Position numbers and translations under genes: made by a program | NCBI GenBank assembly: GCA_035650735.1 | Contig: DASRGZ010000118.1 | Location: 1 to 50,745, forward strand | Direction of reading: 5' to 3' | DNA from: Chthonomonadaceae bacterium | GTDB lineage: Bacteria > Armatimonadota > Chthonomonadetes > Chthonomonadales > Chthonomonadaceae | Length of the DNA stretch: 50,745 bases | Shown here: one piece after another, positions 28,632 through 37,638 of the stretch | Layout: each line of letters opens with the position of its first letter | Numbering within the stretch: the first letter of the stretch is position 1 | Notes under the pieces: generated by a model | Database searches by the model: none | Seen by the model: the letters and a program-made list of their open reading frames with translations, nothing else | What the model was told of the DNA's origin: nothing

Positions 28632-29147
28632 ATGTCCTCTACGCCTCTTCGCTGTCAGTGCCGCCGCCAGGCCCCGACCCATCTGCGCTGCGCCCGCTGC
28701 GATGTTCCTATCTGCCCGGACTGCTCCGTTTCCACGCCCACCGGAATGATCTGCCGCGAGTGCGGCAGTCCCAAACGACATGCGCTCTTCCAGGTCAGTG
28801 CCGGCAGCCTGGCCCTGGCCGTTCTGGTAAGCCTGGCTGTGGCCGTTCTTGGCGGCTGGCTGCTGATCAGCGTCGGACTGGGCTTCGGGTTCTTCGCCCT
28901 CTGGGGCGCGTTGCTTTACGGGGGCGCTGTGGCGGAGGTGGCGCTGCGGGTGACAGGGCGCAAGCGCGGCACGGCGATGGAGGTCGTGGCCGGTGTCTGT
29001 GCGGCCCTGGGCCTTCTCGTCGGATGGTTTCTTGCCGCTTCGAGCCGGGGGGCCGGGCTCGCATTCGCCGTGCCGCATTCGCCCCGGCTGTACCTGGTGG
29101 CGATCCTAGGCGTAGCAGCGGCCATCAGCCGCATCCGCTATGTATGA
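28632..29147 (+). CDS. B-box-like zinc-finger membrane protein
   Basis: LRCARCDVPICPDC...GMICREC followed by four hydrophobic helices. Confidence 0.75.
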   Translation: MSSTPLRCQCRRQAPTHLRCARCDVPICPDCSVSTPTGMICRECGSPKRHALFQVSAGSLALAVLVSLAVAVLGGWLLISVGLGFGFFALWGALLYGGAVAEVALRVTGRKRGTAMEVVAGVCAALGLLVGWFLAASSRGAGLAFAVPHSPRLYLVAILGVAAAISRIRYV

Positions 29148-29189
29148 GGGCTCTCTGCCCAAGAGGCAAGGAGACTTATTGGGGAGCCG

Positions 29190-30182
29190 TCATAGGATAA
29201 CCAGCGCCAGGGCGCGCACCTCGCCGAATTCGTGGCGGCACTTCTCCCAGGTCGCGCCGCCGTCTTCGCTGCGGTAAAGATAGCCGCTGACAGAGGCGGC
29301 AAAGATCAGGTCGGGCGCGGCGGGGTTGGTTGCGAACGTCCAGATCGTGCTGTTGGGCGGCACAGGCAGGGCGGCTTGCTGCCAGGTGAGGCCGCCGTCA
29401 TGGGAGATCTGAATGGCCCCGGCGGTGCCGGGAGGCCCGTTGCCGTTGCCCAGAAACAGCGTGCGCGGATCGTCCGCTTTCTGGGCGATCCCCCGGCAGT
29501 AGGCCCAGGGAAAGGTTGCCTTCACGTTCTGCGGCTGCCAGGTCGCCCCGTTATCCACGCTGCGGTTGAGGTCGTTGTTAGTCGCGGCCAGCAGCGTTTT
29601 CGGGCTGCCGGGCACGACCGCCAGCGCATGGATGTCCAGGGAGCTCAGGCCCTGGTCGCACCGCTGCCAGGTCTGGCCGCCGTCGGCGCTGCGGCGCACG
29701 CCATCTATCTCGACCCCGGCCCAGAGGGTGTCTGCGTCGGTGGGATCGGCCAGCAGGCAGGTGACCCGCGAATAGCGGATCGGCCCGCACTCCGGGACCA
29801 ACTCCACGTTCAGCTTCTCCCAGGTCGCGCCCTCATCCTCCGAGCGGTAGATGGCGGAGGGGCAGGCGCCGACCAAAAGCGTCCCCGGCTTCTGCGGAGG
29901 GATGAGCAGTGACCAGATCACCGTGCCGGCCTGCCAGCCCTGGCCGGGATCGAACGGCGCCTCCAGCCGCTGCCAGCGCTCGCCGCCGTCCTGCGTGCGA
30001 TAAAGCCCGGCATCCGTGCCCGCATAGAGCGTGCCTGGGTTCTGTGGATGGACGGCCAGCGCGCGCACCTCCGCTTCCATGAACATGCCCGCGCACGCCC
30101 GCGCAAAGGTCTCCCCGCCATCGTCGCTGCGCCAGACCCCCTGACCGACGGTGCCGGCATAGAGAACATAGTTCGGTGTCAT
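29190..30182 (-). CDS. BNR/Asp-box beta-propeller protein (no signal peptide)
   Basis: Seven [ST]-x-D-x-G-x2-[WF] repeats (SDDGGETF, TQDGGERW, SEDEGATW, SADGGQTW, SVDNGATW, SHDGGLTW, SEDGGATW). Confidence 0.85.
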   Translation of the reverse strand: MTPNYVLYAGTVGQGVWRSDDGGETFARACAGMFMEAEVRALAVHPQNPGTLYAGTDAGLYRTQDGGERWQRLEAPFDPGQGWQAGTVIWSLLIPPQKPGTLLVGACPSAIYRSEDEGATWEKLNVELVPECGPIRYSRVTCLLADPTDADTLWAGVEIDGVRRSADGGQTWQRCDQGLSSLDIHALAVVPGSPKTLLAATNNDLNRSVDNGATWQPQNVKATFPWAYCRGIAQKADDPRTLFLGNGNGPPGTAGAIQISHDGGLTWQQAALPVPPNSTIWTFATNPAAPDLIFAASVSGYLYRSEDGGATWEKCRHEFGEVRALALVIL

Positions 30183-30311
30183 TGTTCGGTTCTCCGAAAG
30201 GCGACAGGATTGCGCCTGCCGTAACCATCAAAGCAGCTTTAGATACTTAGCACCCTAGCACCATAGCAACTTAACGCGATAGGATTCCGCGTGCTGCCAC
30301 CGCCACAGCCG

Positions 30312-31211
30312 CTACCCCTGCCCGATCCACTCCGGCCCGGCGACGGCGTTCCACCGCACGCGGATAGCCTCGTACTGCTCTTGTGGCAGCGGGCCTTGCG
30401 CCACGATGGCCGCGTTGCGCTGCCAGCGATCCGGCTTGGTCGTGCCGACGATAGCCGTGCCAACGCCCGGCACGCTCAAGGTAAAGCGCAGCGCGATTGC
30501 GGCCCCTTGCTCGATGTCTCCCTTCAGGAAATCGTAATCGAGCGTCTGGAGCCGCTCCCAATAGGTTTGAACGTAGGTGTTATCCGGCTTGCGGTCGCCG
30601 GTGCGCCAGGCGACGTTGGCAATGGGACGCTTGGCGATGACGCCGACGCCGCGCCGAACGGCCTCCGGCAGCGTCAGCGCGATGGCCTCCTGGTCGGCGA
30701 TGCTAACCGAGGTCTGGAGCGTGTCGAAGGCCCCGCACTGCACGGCGTAGAGCGCTGCCGTGTGGTCGCCACTATAGCCGATATAGCGCGTCTTCCCTGC
30801 AGCGCGCGCCTTCTGGAGAACGGCGATCACGTCGCCTTGCCGCAGCATCTGCTCCGGGCAGGTATGCAGCTGCACCAGGTCCAGGTAGTCGGTGCGCAGC
30901 CGCCGGAGGCTGCGATCAAGGCTCTGCTCCAGCAGGCGCGGGTCCCAGTCCGGCAGGTCAATTCCGGCAGCGTGGCCGCATTTGGTGAACAGATAGTAAT
31001 CGCCGCGTCGTTGGGAGACGGCCTTGCCGATCAGCTCCTCGCTGGCACCATAACACTCCCCCGTATCAATCACGTTCAGGCCGGCGTCGAGGGCGCTGTT
31101 GAGCAGCCGCGCGACCGTCTCTTCGGCAACGCCTTCATAGCCGATCTCGGACCCGCCAAATCCAAGCGCAGAAACCTGCATATCCGTCTTGCCTAAGGTT
31201 CGCTTTTCCAT
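30312..31211 (-). CDS. Aldo/keto reductase
   Basis: RTLGKT..VSALGFG, IDTGECYG.SE, TKCG, SLRRLRTDYLDLVQLH, GKTRYIG. Confidence 0.92.
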   Translation of the reverse strand: MEKRTLGKTDMQVSALGFGGSEIGYEGVAEETVARLLNSALDAGLNVIDTGECYGASEELIGKAVSQRRGDYYLFTKCGHAAGIDLPDWDPRLLEQSLDRSLRRLRTDYLDLVQLHTCPEQMLRQGDVIAVLQKARAAGKTRYIGYSGDHTAALYAVQCGAFDTLQTSVSIADQEAIALTLPEAVRRGVGVIAKRPIANVAWRTGDRKPDNTYVQTYWERLQTLDYDFLKGDIEQGAAIALRFTLSVPGVGTAIVGTTKPDRWQRNAAIVAQGPLPQEQYEAIRVRWNAVAGPEWIGQG

Positions 31212-31256
31212 GCTATCTCTCCGAATAGAGGCCGGTTCGCCGGCAGCGCATTTTAC

Positions 31257-31817
31257 TCAGGCCAGCCCTTGCGCGCAGCGCTCGCAGATCAGGGCGGCGC
31301 GCTGATGGGTCTCGGTGGGAATAAGCGTCTGGGTGTCAAAGTCCACAGGAACATCGGTGGCGCCGCAAAAATCGCACTTGCCGCGCTGCTTGACAACCGA
31401 GCGTCCTGCCAGCCAGTCGGAAGCCGTGTTGGTGCCTGGCAGGGGGCCAATCGCCTTGCGGAAAACCCACTCGGCGAACTTGCGCACTTTCGGATCGGTC
31501 TCGGCCAGGAGAATACGCTCCAGCGCGGCCACCGCCTCCGGGTCTTTGGGCTTGCCGCCGTCCTCCAGCGTATGCCAGGCCGCCCGGCGCACGCGCGCAT
31601 CGGCGTCTTCCATCATGCGGAACAGGGCCTCCCAGACCGCCGGAATGCGCGTGCGAACGTGGCAGGGACAGAGGTACTGCGCCGCCACCAGCCGCTCCTC
31701 CGGGTCCGCGCTGCACGACATCGCCAGCAGCTCCTCGACTTGCTCCCTGCCGACGTGCCGCTCGCCGGCTTTATGCGCCGCTTTCTGGTGCTTGTTCATG
31801 CCAAATGTCTTGCGCAT
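31257..31817 (-). CDS. HEAT-repeat protein with CPCH motif and C-terminal CxxC...CxxC zinc finger
   Basis: DADARVRRAA and ETDPKVRKFA HEAT-like units; LCPCHVR; KCDFCG...ICERC; AGGAG RBS. Confidence 0.7.
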   Translation of the reverse strand: MRKTFGMNKHQKAAHKAGERHVGREQVEELLAMSCSADPEERLVAAQYLCPCHVRTRIPAVWEALFRMMEDADARVRRAAWHTLEDGGKPKDPEAVAALERILLAETDPKVRKFAEWVFRKAIGPLPGTNTASDWLAGRSVVKQRGKCDFCGATDVPVDFDTQTLIPTETHQRAALICERCAQGLA

Positions 31818-31889
31818 GGCTCAGGTCTCCTCGGTTAAGCTACCTCCTATGACCTGCTGGGTGGCGGAAAGGTTGCGGCCTGGCTTATC

Positions 31890-31969
31890 CGGCAGGCTGC
31901 GCCCTGCCGCTGTGTGGCCTCCGGCCCAGAAGCCCAACCCTACTCCCTATACCCTATACCCTACACCCT
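31890..31969. repeat. Family B variant hairpin followed by CCCTAYW heptamer tandem
   Basis: CGGCAGGCTGCGCCCTGCCGCTG then CCCTACT CCCTATA CCCTATA CCCTACA. Confidence 0.75.
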
Positions 31970-31972
31970 GAT

Positions 31973-33820
31973 TTACGGCGTGCAGCAATCTATGGCGGAG
32001 CGGAGGGCAGGCAGCAATTCCGGGAGGTCATCCGGCGCCGGCGCCTCCTGGCCATAGGCGCGCTCCAATAGGGGCCACCAGTTATACTCGTCGAGATAGG
32101 ATAGGTCGAAAATCATCCAGCCCTGCGCCTGCCGTCCTCCGGATTTGAGGGCGCGCAGGAAGCGCTCGGGGTCGTCGGCATAGTCGGGCACATAGACGCC
32201 GGCGTAGACAAAGGCGCCGCTGGCGACGGCCATGTTGGAGAGCTCGGCGGCGTACTCCACTGTGCCCTTCTCACTCGCGCCCTCGCGACGGGCCTCCTCG
32301 CGCGTCGCTGTCGGATAGTAGCAACCCGTGGCGATCCAATCGAAGAATTCGGCATAGCCGGTGAGCGGGTAGTTCGGCGTGAACCAGGGATAGCGCAGGT
32401 GCGTCTTGTCGCTGCCCCAGTTGACGCCGACCTCGTAGTAATTGGGATACCAGGAGCCGACGTAGGTTCCGAGCTTGATTCCGGGCCGCGCGCTGCGGGC
32501 CGTCTGGGCGACATCGCTCACAAAGTCCCGGATGACCTGAGCGCGAAACTCCAGCCACAAGTTGAAGAGCGGGCCGCGAATCGGCTTCCCGCCCGGCGTC
32601 GGGGAGAAGGCAAAGACATCCTCCGGCCAGCGGGCGACGGGATGGCCGAGCCAGCGCTCAAAGGCGGCGCGCGTGCGGTCGCTAAAGTCGTTGTTGATAT
32701 TGGCGTAGCGGCAGCGGTCGAGGACAAGGCCGTCTATGGCGTAGTTGGAGGCCAGCTCCCGCACCATATCCAGCTCATGGCGGCGCGCGTCGGGATGGAG
32801 CGGGTTGACGAAGCAGGAGACCTTCTCGCTGGGGGCCTGCGTGACGGGGAGGCGCTCGGTGCGCAGATCAAAGCGTATGTAGCCGCCGGGCCGCACATGC
32901 TGGGTGATCCAGGCGCGGTCGGCGTCGCGGGTGGCCGTGAGGATATGCCCATCCTCGGGCGCGATCAGCGGGTCATCGCCCAGGAGCGCGCTGTCCACCA
33001 CGCCGATAGCGCGGTTGTTTGCGTCCAGCACCAGGTTCAGCTGCTGTCCCAACTTCGTGTTGCCGCTGCTGTTGACGAGGCCGTTGGCGCTCTCCGTGCT
33101 CTCCAGCCCGACCATGCCGCTGGTCGGTTCTCCGCCCAGCACCACGTCTTCATCCATCAGCAGGGCCGGCTTGGTCGGATCGTCTGGCTCGCCGGGAACG
33201 CGCACGGACAACCGCGCCCCGTCCGCCGCCACCATCCCACGATTGACCGTGTAGACTACGCTCTGCCAGTCGGGATGCTCATAGGCCGGCCCGACGCTGT
33301 AGTATTTGTGGCCTTCGCTGAGCACATTGATGCAGGCATCCACCTGCAAGCCGGCCTTATGGCCCTCCTCCACGAACGCGGCGAGCACGTCGAAGTCGGG
33401 CAGGGGATGGCCCTTCCACTCCCGCATCCGGGGCGCGACCTTGCTCTTGTAGAGCACCTGCCCGCTCAGCGGCTTGACATCCACGACCAGGGTGTTGATG
33501 TGGGCGGCCTTACAGCGGCGCACGATCTCGGCGACGCCGGCGCGCGTGGTCGTGTAGTCTACCAGCGTCGTGCCGTTCTTATCCTTGCGGGCGCGCGTGA
33601 GGTTGGCCGTGCCGTCTATCCAGAGCAGGCGGCCCTGCGCGCCCAGCATGGCGCTCATGCTGCGGGCCAGGTCCGGCGGGCGCTGCGCCTGCGCAGGCAG
33701 CCCGCTAACGGCGCAGAGGAGCAGGCTCAGAACAGGCAGCAGCCCCCCGGCCCACTCTCTCCCCGAGAGAGAGGAAGCAGGGGCCTTGCGTCTTCTTTTG
33801 AAGGCAAAAAGAAATCTCAT
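31973..33820 (-). CDS. Exported GHL10 (DUF187)-like glycoside hydrolase
   Basis: INTLVVDVKP, FDVLAAFVEEGHKAGL, FVNPLHP, YAIDGLVLDRCRY, WLEFRAQVI; signal-like N-terminus. Confidence 0.8.
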   Translation of the reverse strand: MRFLFAFKRRRKAPASSLSGREWAGGLLPVLSLLLCAVSGLPAQAQRPPDLARSMSAMLGAQGRLLWIDGTANLTRARKDKNGTTLVDYTTTRAGVAEIVRRCKAAHINTLVVDVKPLSGQVLYKSKVAPRMREWKGHPLPDFDVLAAFVEEGHKAGLQVDACINVLSEGHKYYSVGPAYEHPDWQSVVYTVNRGMVAADGARLSVRVPGEPDDPTKPALLMDEDVVLGGEPTSGMVGLESTESANGLVNSSGNTKLGQQLNLVLDANNRAIGVVDSALLGDDPLIAPEDGHILTATRDADRAWITQHVRPGGYIRFDLRTERLPVTQAPSEKVSCFVNPLHPDARRHELDMVRELASNYAIDGLVLDRCRYANINNDFSDRTRAAFERWLGHPVARWPEDVFAFSPTPGGKPIRGPLFNLWLEFRAQVIRDFVSDVAQTARSARPGIKLGTYVGSWYPNYYEVGVNWGSDKTHLRYPWFTPNYPLTGYAEFFDWIATGCYYPTATREEARREGASEKGTVEYAAELSNMAVASGAFVYAGVYVPDYADDPERFLRALKSGGRQAQGWMIFDLSYLDEYNWWPLLERAYGQEAPAPDDLPELLPALRSAIDCCTP

Positions 33821-35736
33821 CGAATGATTACCGTCGCGGGATAGGTCGAGCCGCCGAGCGGCACGGTCTGAATGGTGACGATGCGCGTCTCGTGCGGACG
33901 CAGCGTAAAGTGGGCCAATGGGCGCTGTTCGGGCGGGCGCACCTCGTTGACCTCCAGGTAGCGGCCTGCGATGGCAAACACCGCCATGACCGGGCCGCCG
34001 CCCGCCCCGAACGCTACCTCTACCGTCTGCGGCGTGGGCAGCGGATTCTGGAGGGTGACTTTAATATTGTAGAGGACGCCATAGTCGCCGGCATTGTTCC
34101 GGTCCTCTTCGGCGCTGGCAGGCGCGGCGTGCGCGTCGGGCCGTCCGACGGGCACAAAGGCCCAGTGCTGCCCGCAGATATACTCCGTCTCGACGCGGCG
34201 CAGGGCGCCGTAGAGAGGGAACGGATCGGCGGGGCCGTCCAGGGCGGCCAGTTCGGCGGCGGTCAGGGGGCGCGGTGGGGCATAGCGCCAGGCGTCCAAT
34301 CGGCGCAGTATCGAGCTGGGAAAGCCGGTGGCCCCCATCGGCTCCGCAGAGACCCGTAACACGCATCGGGCCGCCTCATCAGAAGAATCCACCAGGGCGA
34401 CCTGCGCAATGCCGCTGGCGGTCTGGTGGCGCTCCAACCGCTGGACCAGAAGCGGCAGCACGCTGCCGGGGGGCACCGTGCAGATTTCGCCGCGCGCCTT
34501 GAGCCAGTTGCGCAGGAACACCTTTCCGGCACGATACCCGACGCTGCCCGGGTCACGGCCAGGCGGCACAAAGCCGGGGATGAGATGCACGCGCACGGCA
34601 TGGCGGGTCGGATTAGCCAGGGTGACGGCCAGCGCGATGGGGCGGCGCATCTGGTTGTCGTGGTGGAACATCAGGCGGGCGGGCGCATCGGCGGACAGGG
34701 GCCCGGCGGTGAGCGTCTGGTAACTGCGGATGTGTTCGGGGTTGTTGCTATAGACCAGACGGGCGGCGGGGTGGAGGGGCAGCGCGCGGTTGAAGACGCG
34801 CACGCGGGCCGTGCCGGTAACGGGCAGGTAGTCCGGCCCCGCGAGCCGCACGCGCGCCGTAACGGTCTGGCTCTGGCCGGGTCGCGGGCTGCGCCGGACG
34901 CGCAACGGCTCCAGGAACCGCAGGAACGCGCCAGGTTCGCAGGGAATGCGGCGCAGGGCGGCGGCAGCGGCGTTGATCACCAGGTCGGTCGGCGCGCTCG
35001 GCGTTGCCGTGATTTCGGCGCTCAGATCAGTGGGCACACGCCCGGCCCATCGCCTGACCAGGATGACGCAGGTGGCGGCATCGGCTCCACTGTGCACCCT
35101 CACGACCGCTTTGCCTGGCCTCTCTCCCCGCACGATAAGACGCCGCCCCGGGCTGTCGCAATCGATGGTAACGCAGCCCTCGCCCTGCGGCGTGTGCGTG
35201 ACGAAAGGAGCCTCGGCATAGCCGCCGATGGCCAGCGTGCGCGTTTCCCCGACCGGCACGACGATGCGGCCCGGCTTTAGGAGAAGGGCTGGCTGTGCTA
35301 CTGCCTCTCGGAGCAGCTTGACCCAGCGGAGCGCCAGCGCTTTGGGTGTGGTATGGCCGGCGCGGGCCTCGGCGCGGGTAGCAACTGCCAGCAGGCCGCG
35401 CCCGGCGATCACGAGCCGCCATTCCTGTCCCGCCGGTCGGGCCTGTATCGCTGAAGGCGAGAGGCCGAGGAGGGCGTGTTCCCGCAGGCGCTCTGCGACG
35501 ACGCGCGCCCGCTGACTCGGCGGGCCTCCGCCCGGGAGGGCCTGGAAACGCAGGGCCGCGCGCTTATTGACGAGAACGGCATTGCCTTGCGCCTCGACGC
35601 GCGGGTGAAGCTTTCCCGGCGCCGCATGCGCCGACAGCGCCAAGAGGACGCACAAAACAAACCAAAATCCACGCAATGGGCGAAAAAAGTGAGATGAAGG
35701 TAGGTGGAACGCTAAAACAGGCCGAAGGTGGGGCAT
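33817..35736 (-). CDS. Large exported hypothetical protein
   Basis: Signal peptide ending ALSAHA; LVYSNNPE and GDYGVLY motifs; ATGA overlap with the GHL10 gene; AAGGGAG RBS. Confidence 0.72.
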   Translation of the reverse strand: MPHLRPVLAFHLPSSHFFRPLRGFWFVLCVLLALSAHAAPGKLHPRVEAQGNAVLVNKRAALRFQALPGGGPPSQRARVVAERLREHALLGLSPSAIQARPAGQEWRLVIAGRGLLAVATRAEARAGHTTPKALALRWVKLLREAVAQPALLLKPGRIVVPVGETRTLAIGGYAEAPFVTHTPQGEGCVTIDCDSPGRRLIVRGERPGKAVVRVHSGADAATCVILVRRWAGRVPTDLSAEITATPSAPTDLVINAAAAALRRIPCEPGAFLRFLEPLRVRRSPRPGQSQTVTARVRLAGPDYLPVTGTARVRVFNRALPLHPAARLVYSNNPEHIRSYQTLTAGPLSADAPARLMFHHDNQMRRPIALAVTLANPTRHAVRVHLIPGFVPPGRDPGSVGYRAGKVFLRNWLKARGEICTVPPGSVLPLLVQRLERHQTASGIAQVALVDSSDEAARCVLRVSAEPMGATGFPSSILRRLDAWRYAPPRPLTAAELAALDGPADPFPLYGALRRVETEYICGQHWAFVPVGRPDAHAAPASAEEDRNNAGDYGVLYNIKVTLQNPLPTPQTVEVAFGAGGGPVMAVFAIAGRYLEVNEVRPPEQRPLAHFTLRPHETRIVTIQTVPLGGSTYPATVIIR

Positions 35737-35765
35737 GATGTCGGCTCCCTTGTGAGTGACGATAG

Positions 35766-35795
35766 ATTCTACCGAAATCGTCGGGAACCTGTCAA
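35766..35795 (-). promoter_or_regulatory. Sigma70-type promoter
   Basis: TTGACA-18 nt-TAGAAT, about 30 nt upstream of ATG 35736. Confidence 0.7.
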
Positions 35796-35815
35796 TGATA
35801 CTGGAGGCGAATTTC

Positions 35816-35932
35816 ACCTAACCCCCCGGCCCCCTTCCCTGATACGTTCGCTCCGCTCACAGGGAAGGGGGTAACCCGGCTTCTCGGTTCCCCCTCTCCC
35901 GCAGCGCCGGAAGAGGGGTCGGGGGTAAGGGC
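35816..35932. repeat. Family C palindromic element
   Basis: CCTAACCCCCCGGCCCCCTTCCC..GGGAAGGGGG and CCCCTCTCCC..AGAGGGGTCGGGGGTAAGG. Confidence 0.8.
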
Positions 35933-35946
35933 CATTAAGACTAGAC

Positions 35947-36288
35947 CTAAGAGCCTGGCCAGGCAAAAACACGTTCCGGTAGGGCCGGAATAGGTTGATT
36001 AAAATCTAGGCCGGAGATCTGCTGAGCCTGATCTTTAAACCAGCGGTCGAACGGATCCTGGGAACGCGCCCAGCCCTCAAAAGTCTGGCGCGGATCATCG
36101 GATTCCAGAGTTACCAGAACCATATCGCCTTGCGGGCTCGTCTGCAGGAACCACTCTTCGCGGCGAACGCCCAGACGGGCAAACGATTCGGCTGCCTCAC
36201 TGGAACGGGCCTGTACCTGGTGGGCAAACTGCCGTGCTTGCTCCATTTTGCCGGGCAGGATAGGAAAGGCAATTGTCATTGTAGCCAT
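35947..36288 (-). CDS. Small alpha/beta protein (DUF6176-like, tentative)
   Basis: AFPILPGK...GVRREEWFLQ...PFDRWFK; GGAGG RBS. Confidence 0.7.
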   Translation of the reverse strand: MATMTIAFPILPGKMEQARQFAHQVQARSSEAAESFARLGVRREEWFLQTSPQGDMVLVTLESDDPRQTFEGWARSQDPFDRWFKDQAQQISGLDFNQPIPALPERVFAWPGS

Positions 36289-36516
36289 GCTAGGTATCCT
36301 CCATCATGCTTTGCTCTGACCTCACTGGGTCAGGCCATCTATAGCATAAGCGACCCAGGTTACAGGAAGATAACAGCCAAGTGAAGCCAGGATTAAAATT
36401 TCACGGTATGTCTTGTGCGCCGGAGTAGAAGGTTCCGGCTGCTTTTGCGCGGTGCACTGATGCAATGTCCTTGCGGGCCGCGCGGCGGAAGCCCCGCCGT
36501 TCAGCGTGGAACGCCG

Positions 36517-37629
36517 TCATGGGGTCAGCGCCTCCGCCAGACGCTCCAGCACAATCGTTTCCTCGCCGGGCTCCAGCGTCATCGGGTTAAGATAGAGCGC
36601 CTCTGCGCCGGCAGAGGCGACGGCGATGCTCGGGCTGTCGGCGGCTAACCGGGCCACAACCTGATCGCGGCTCACGCCGGCGACGGCGGCATCAATGACG
36701 ACCAGGCTCCGGGGGAGCGGCTGTCCCGCTTCGTTGGGGTAATCGCGCCGGGCCGAGACGCCCGGCAGGCGGTTCAACGCGGCGTTCCATTCCACCACGA
36801 CCTGCTCGCAGTACCGGGCGCGCGCCTCGTGATCCAGACGTAGATAGCGCCGGACAGCCGCCAGCAGGCCGACCATCTCTTCTTTGCCTACCTTCATGGG
36901 ACGTCCGATGCTGTGGTTGGGATTGCCGTTGCGCGCGCAGGCCTCGATCAGAGCGCGCCGCCCCAAGATCAGGCCGCTCGACTGTGGGCCGCGCAGGTCT
37001 TTGCCGCCGCTAAAGATAGCCAGGTCGGCTCCCATCTCGGTGAAGCGCCATAAGTTCTCCACCGGCGGCAGCTGCGCCGCCGCGTCCACGATGACCGGCA
37101 CGCCGTGCGCTCTGGCGACCTCGATCACAGCCGGCAGGGGCAGGTCGCCCCGGCCCGTCATCGCCCCCTGGAACCAGAAGATCGCCGCCGTCCGCGCAGA
37201 GAGCGCGCTTTCCAGCTCCCAGTGTGCCGTGCCGGTGCTGTAGCCAATCTCCACCACCCGCACGCCGACCTGCCGCACTGCATGGTCGTAGCCGTTCCGG
37301 TGGGCGCGGTGAATGATGACCTCGTCCTTCAAGCCGGTCAGGTCGGGCAACTGGCGGATGGCGGCGGGGTCCGTGCCGGCGATGCAGGCGGCGGTGGCCA
37401 GCACCAGCCCGGCGGCAGCCCCGGCGCAGACATAGGCGGCCTCATTATGGGTGAGCTCTGCGATGCGCTCTCCCACCCGCCGCTGCAATTCCTCCAGGTC
37501 CACAAAGGAGCGGCTGGCCTCGGCCATGGCAGCCACCACTTCGGGCGGCATGCGCGAGCCGCCCAGCCGGGTGAGAGTGGCAAAGGCGTTAATAACCGGG
37601 CGTACCCCCAGTTCCTCGTAAATATCCAT
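36517..37629 (-). CDS. SelA-like / DgaE-family PLP-dependent lyase
   Basis: LGVRPVINA..TRLGGS, GAAAGL, VIVDAAAQ, FSGGKDLRGPQSSG (PLP Lys), IGRPMKVGKEE; lacks the SelA N-terminal tRNA-binding domain. Confidence 0.85.
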   Translation of the reverse strand: MDIYEELGVRPVINAFATLTRLGGSRMPPEVVAAMAEASRSFVDLEELQRRVGERIAELTHNEAAYVCAGAAAGLVLATAACIAGTDPAAIRQLPDLTGLKDEVIIHRAHRNGYDHAVRQVGVRVVEIGYSTGTAHWELESALSARTAAIFWFQGAMTGRGDLPLPAVIEVARAHGVPVIVDAAAQLPPVENLWRFTEMGADLAIFSGGKDLRGPQSSGLILGRRALIEACARNGNPNHSIGRPMKVGKEEMVGLLAAVRRYLRLDHEARARYCEQVVVEWNAALNRLPGVSARRDYPNEAGQPLPRSLVVIDAAVAGVSRDQVVARLAADSPSIAVASAGAEALYLNPMTLEPGEETIVLERLAEALTP

Positions 37630-37638
37630 GGCTCGTCC

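Noticed and set aside
36517..37629. True selenocysteine synthase selA
   Set aside because: Too short, lacks the N-terminal domain, no selB/selC nearby, and it is paired with an amidohydrolase
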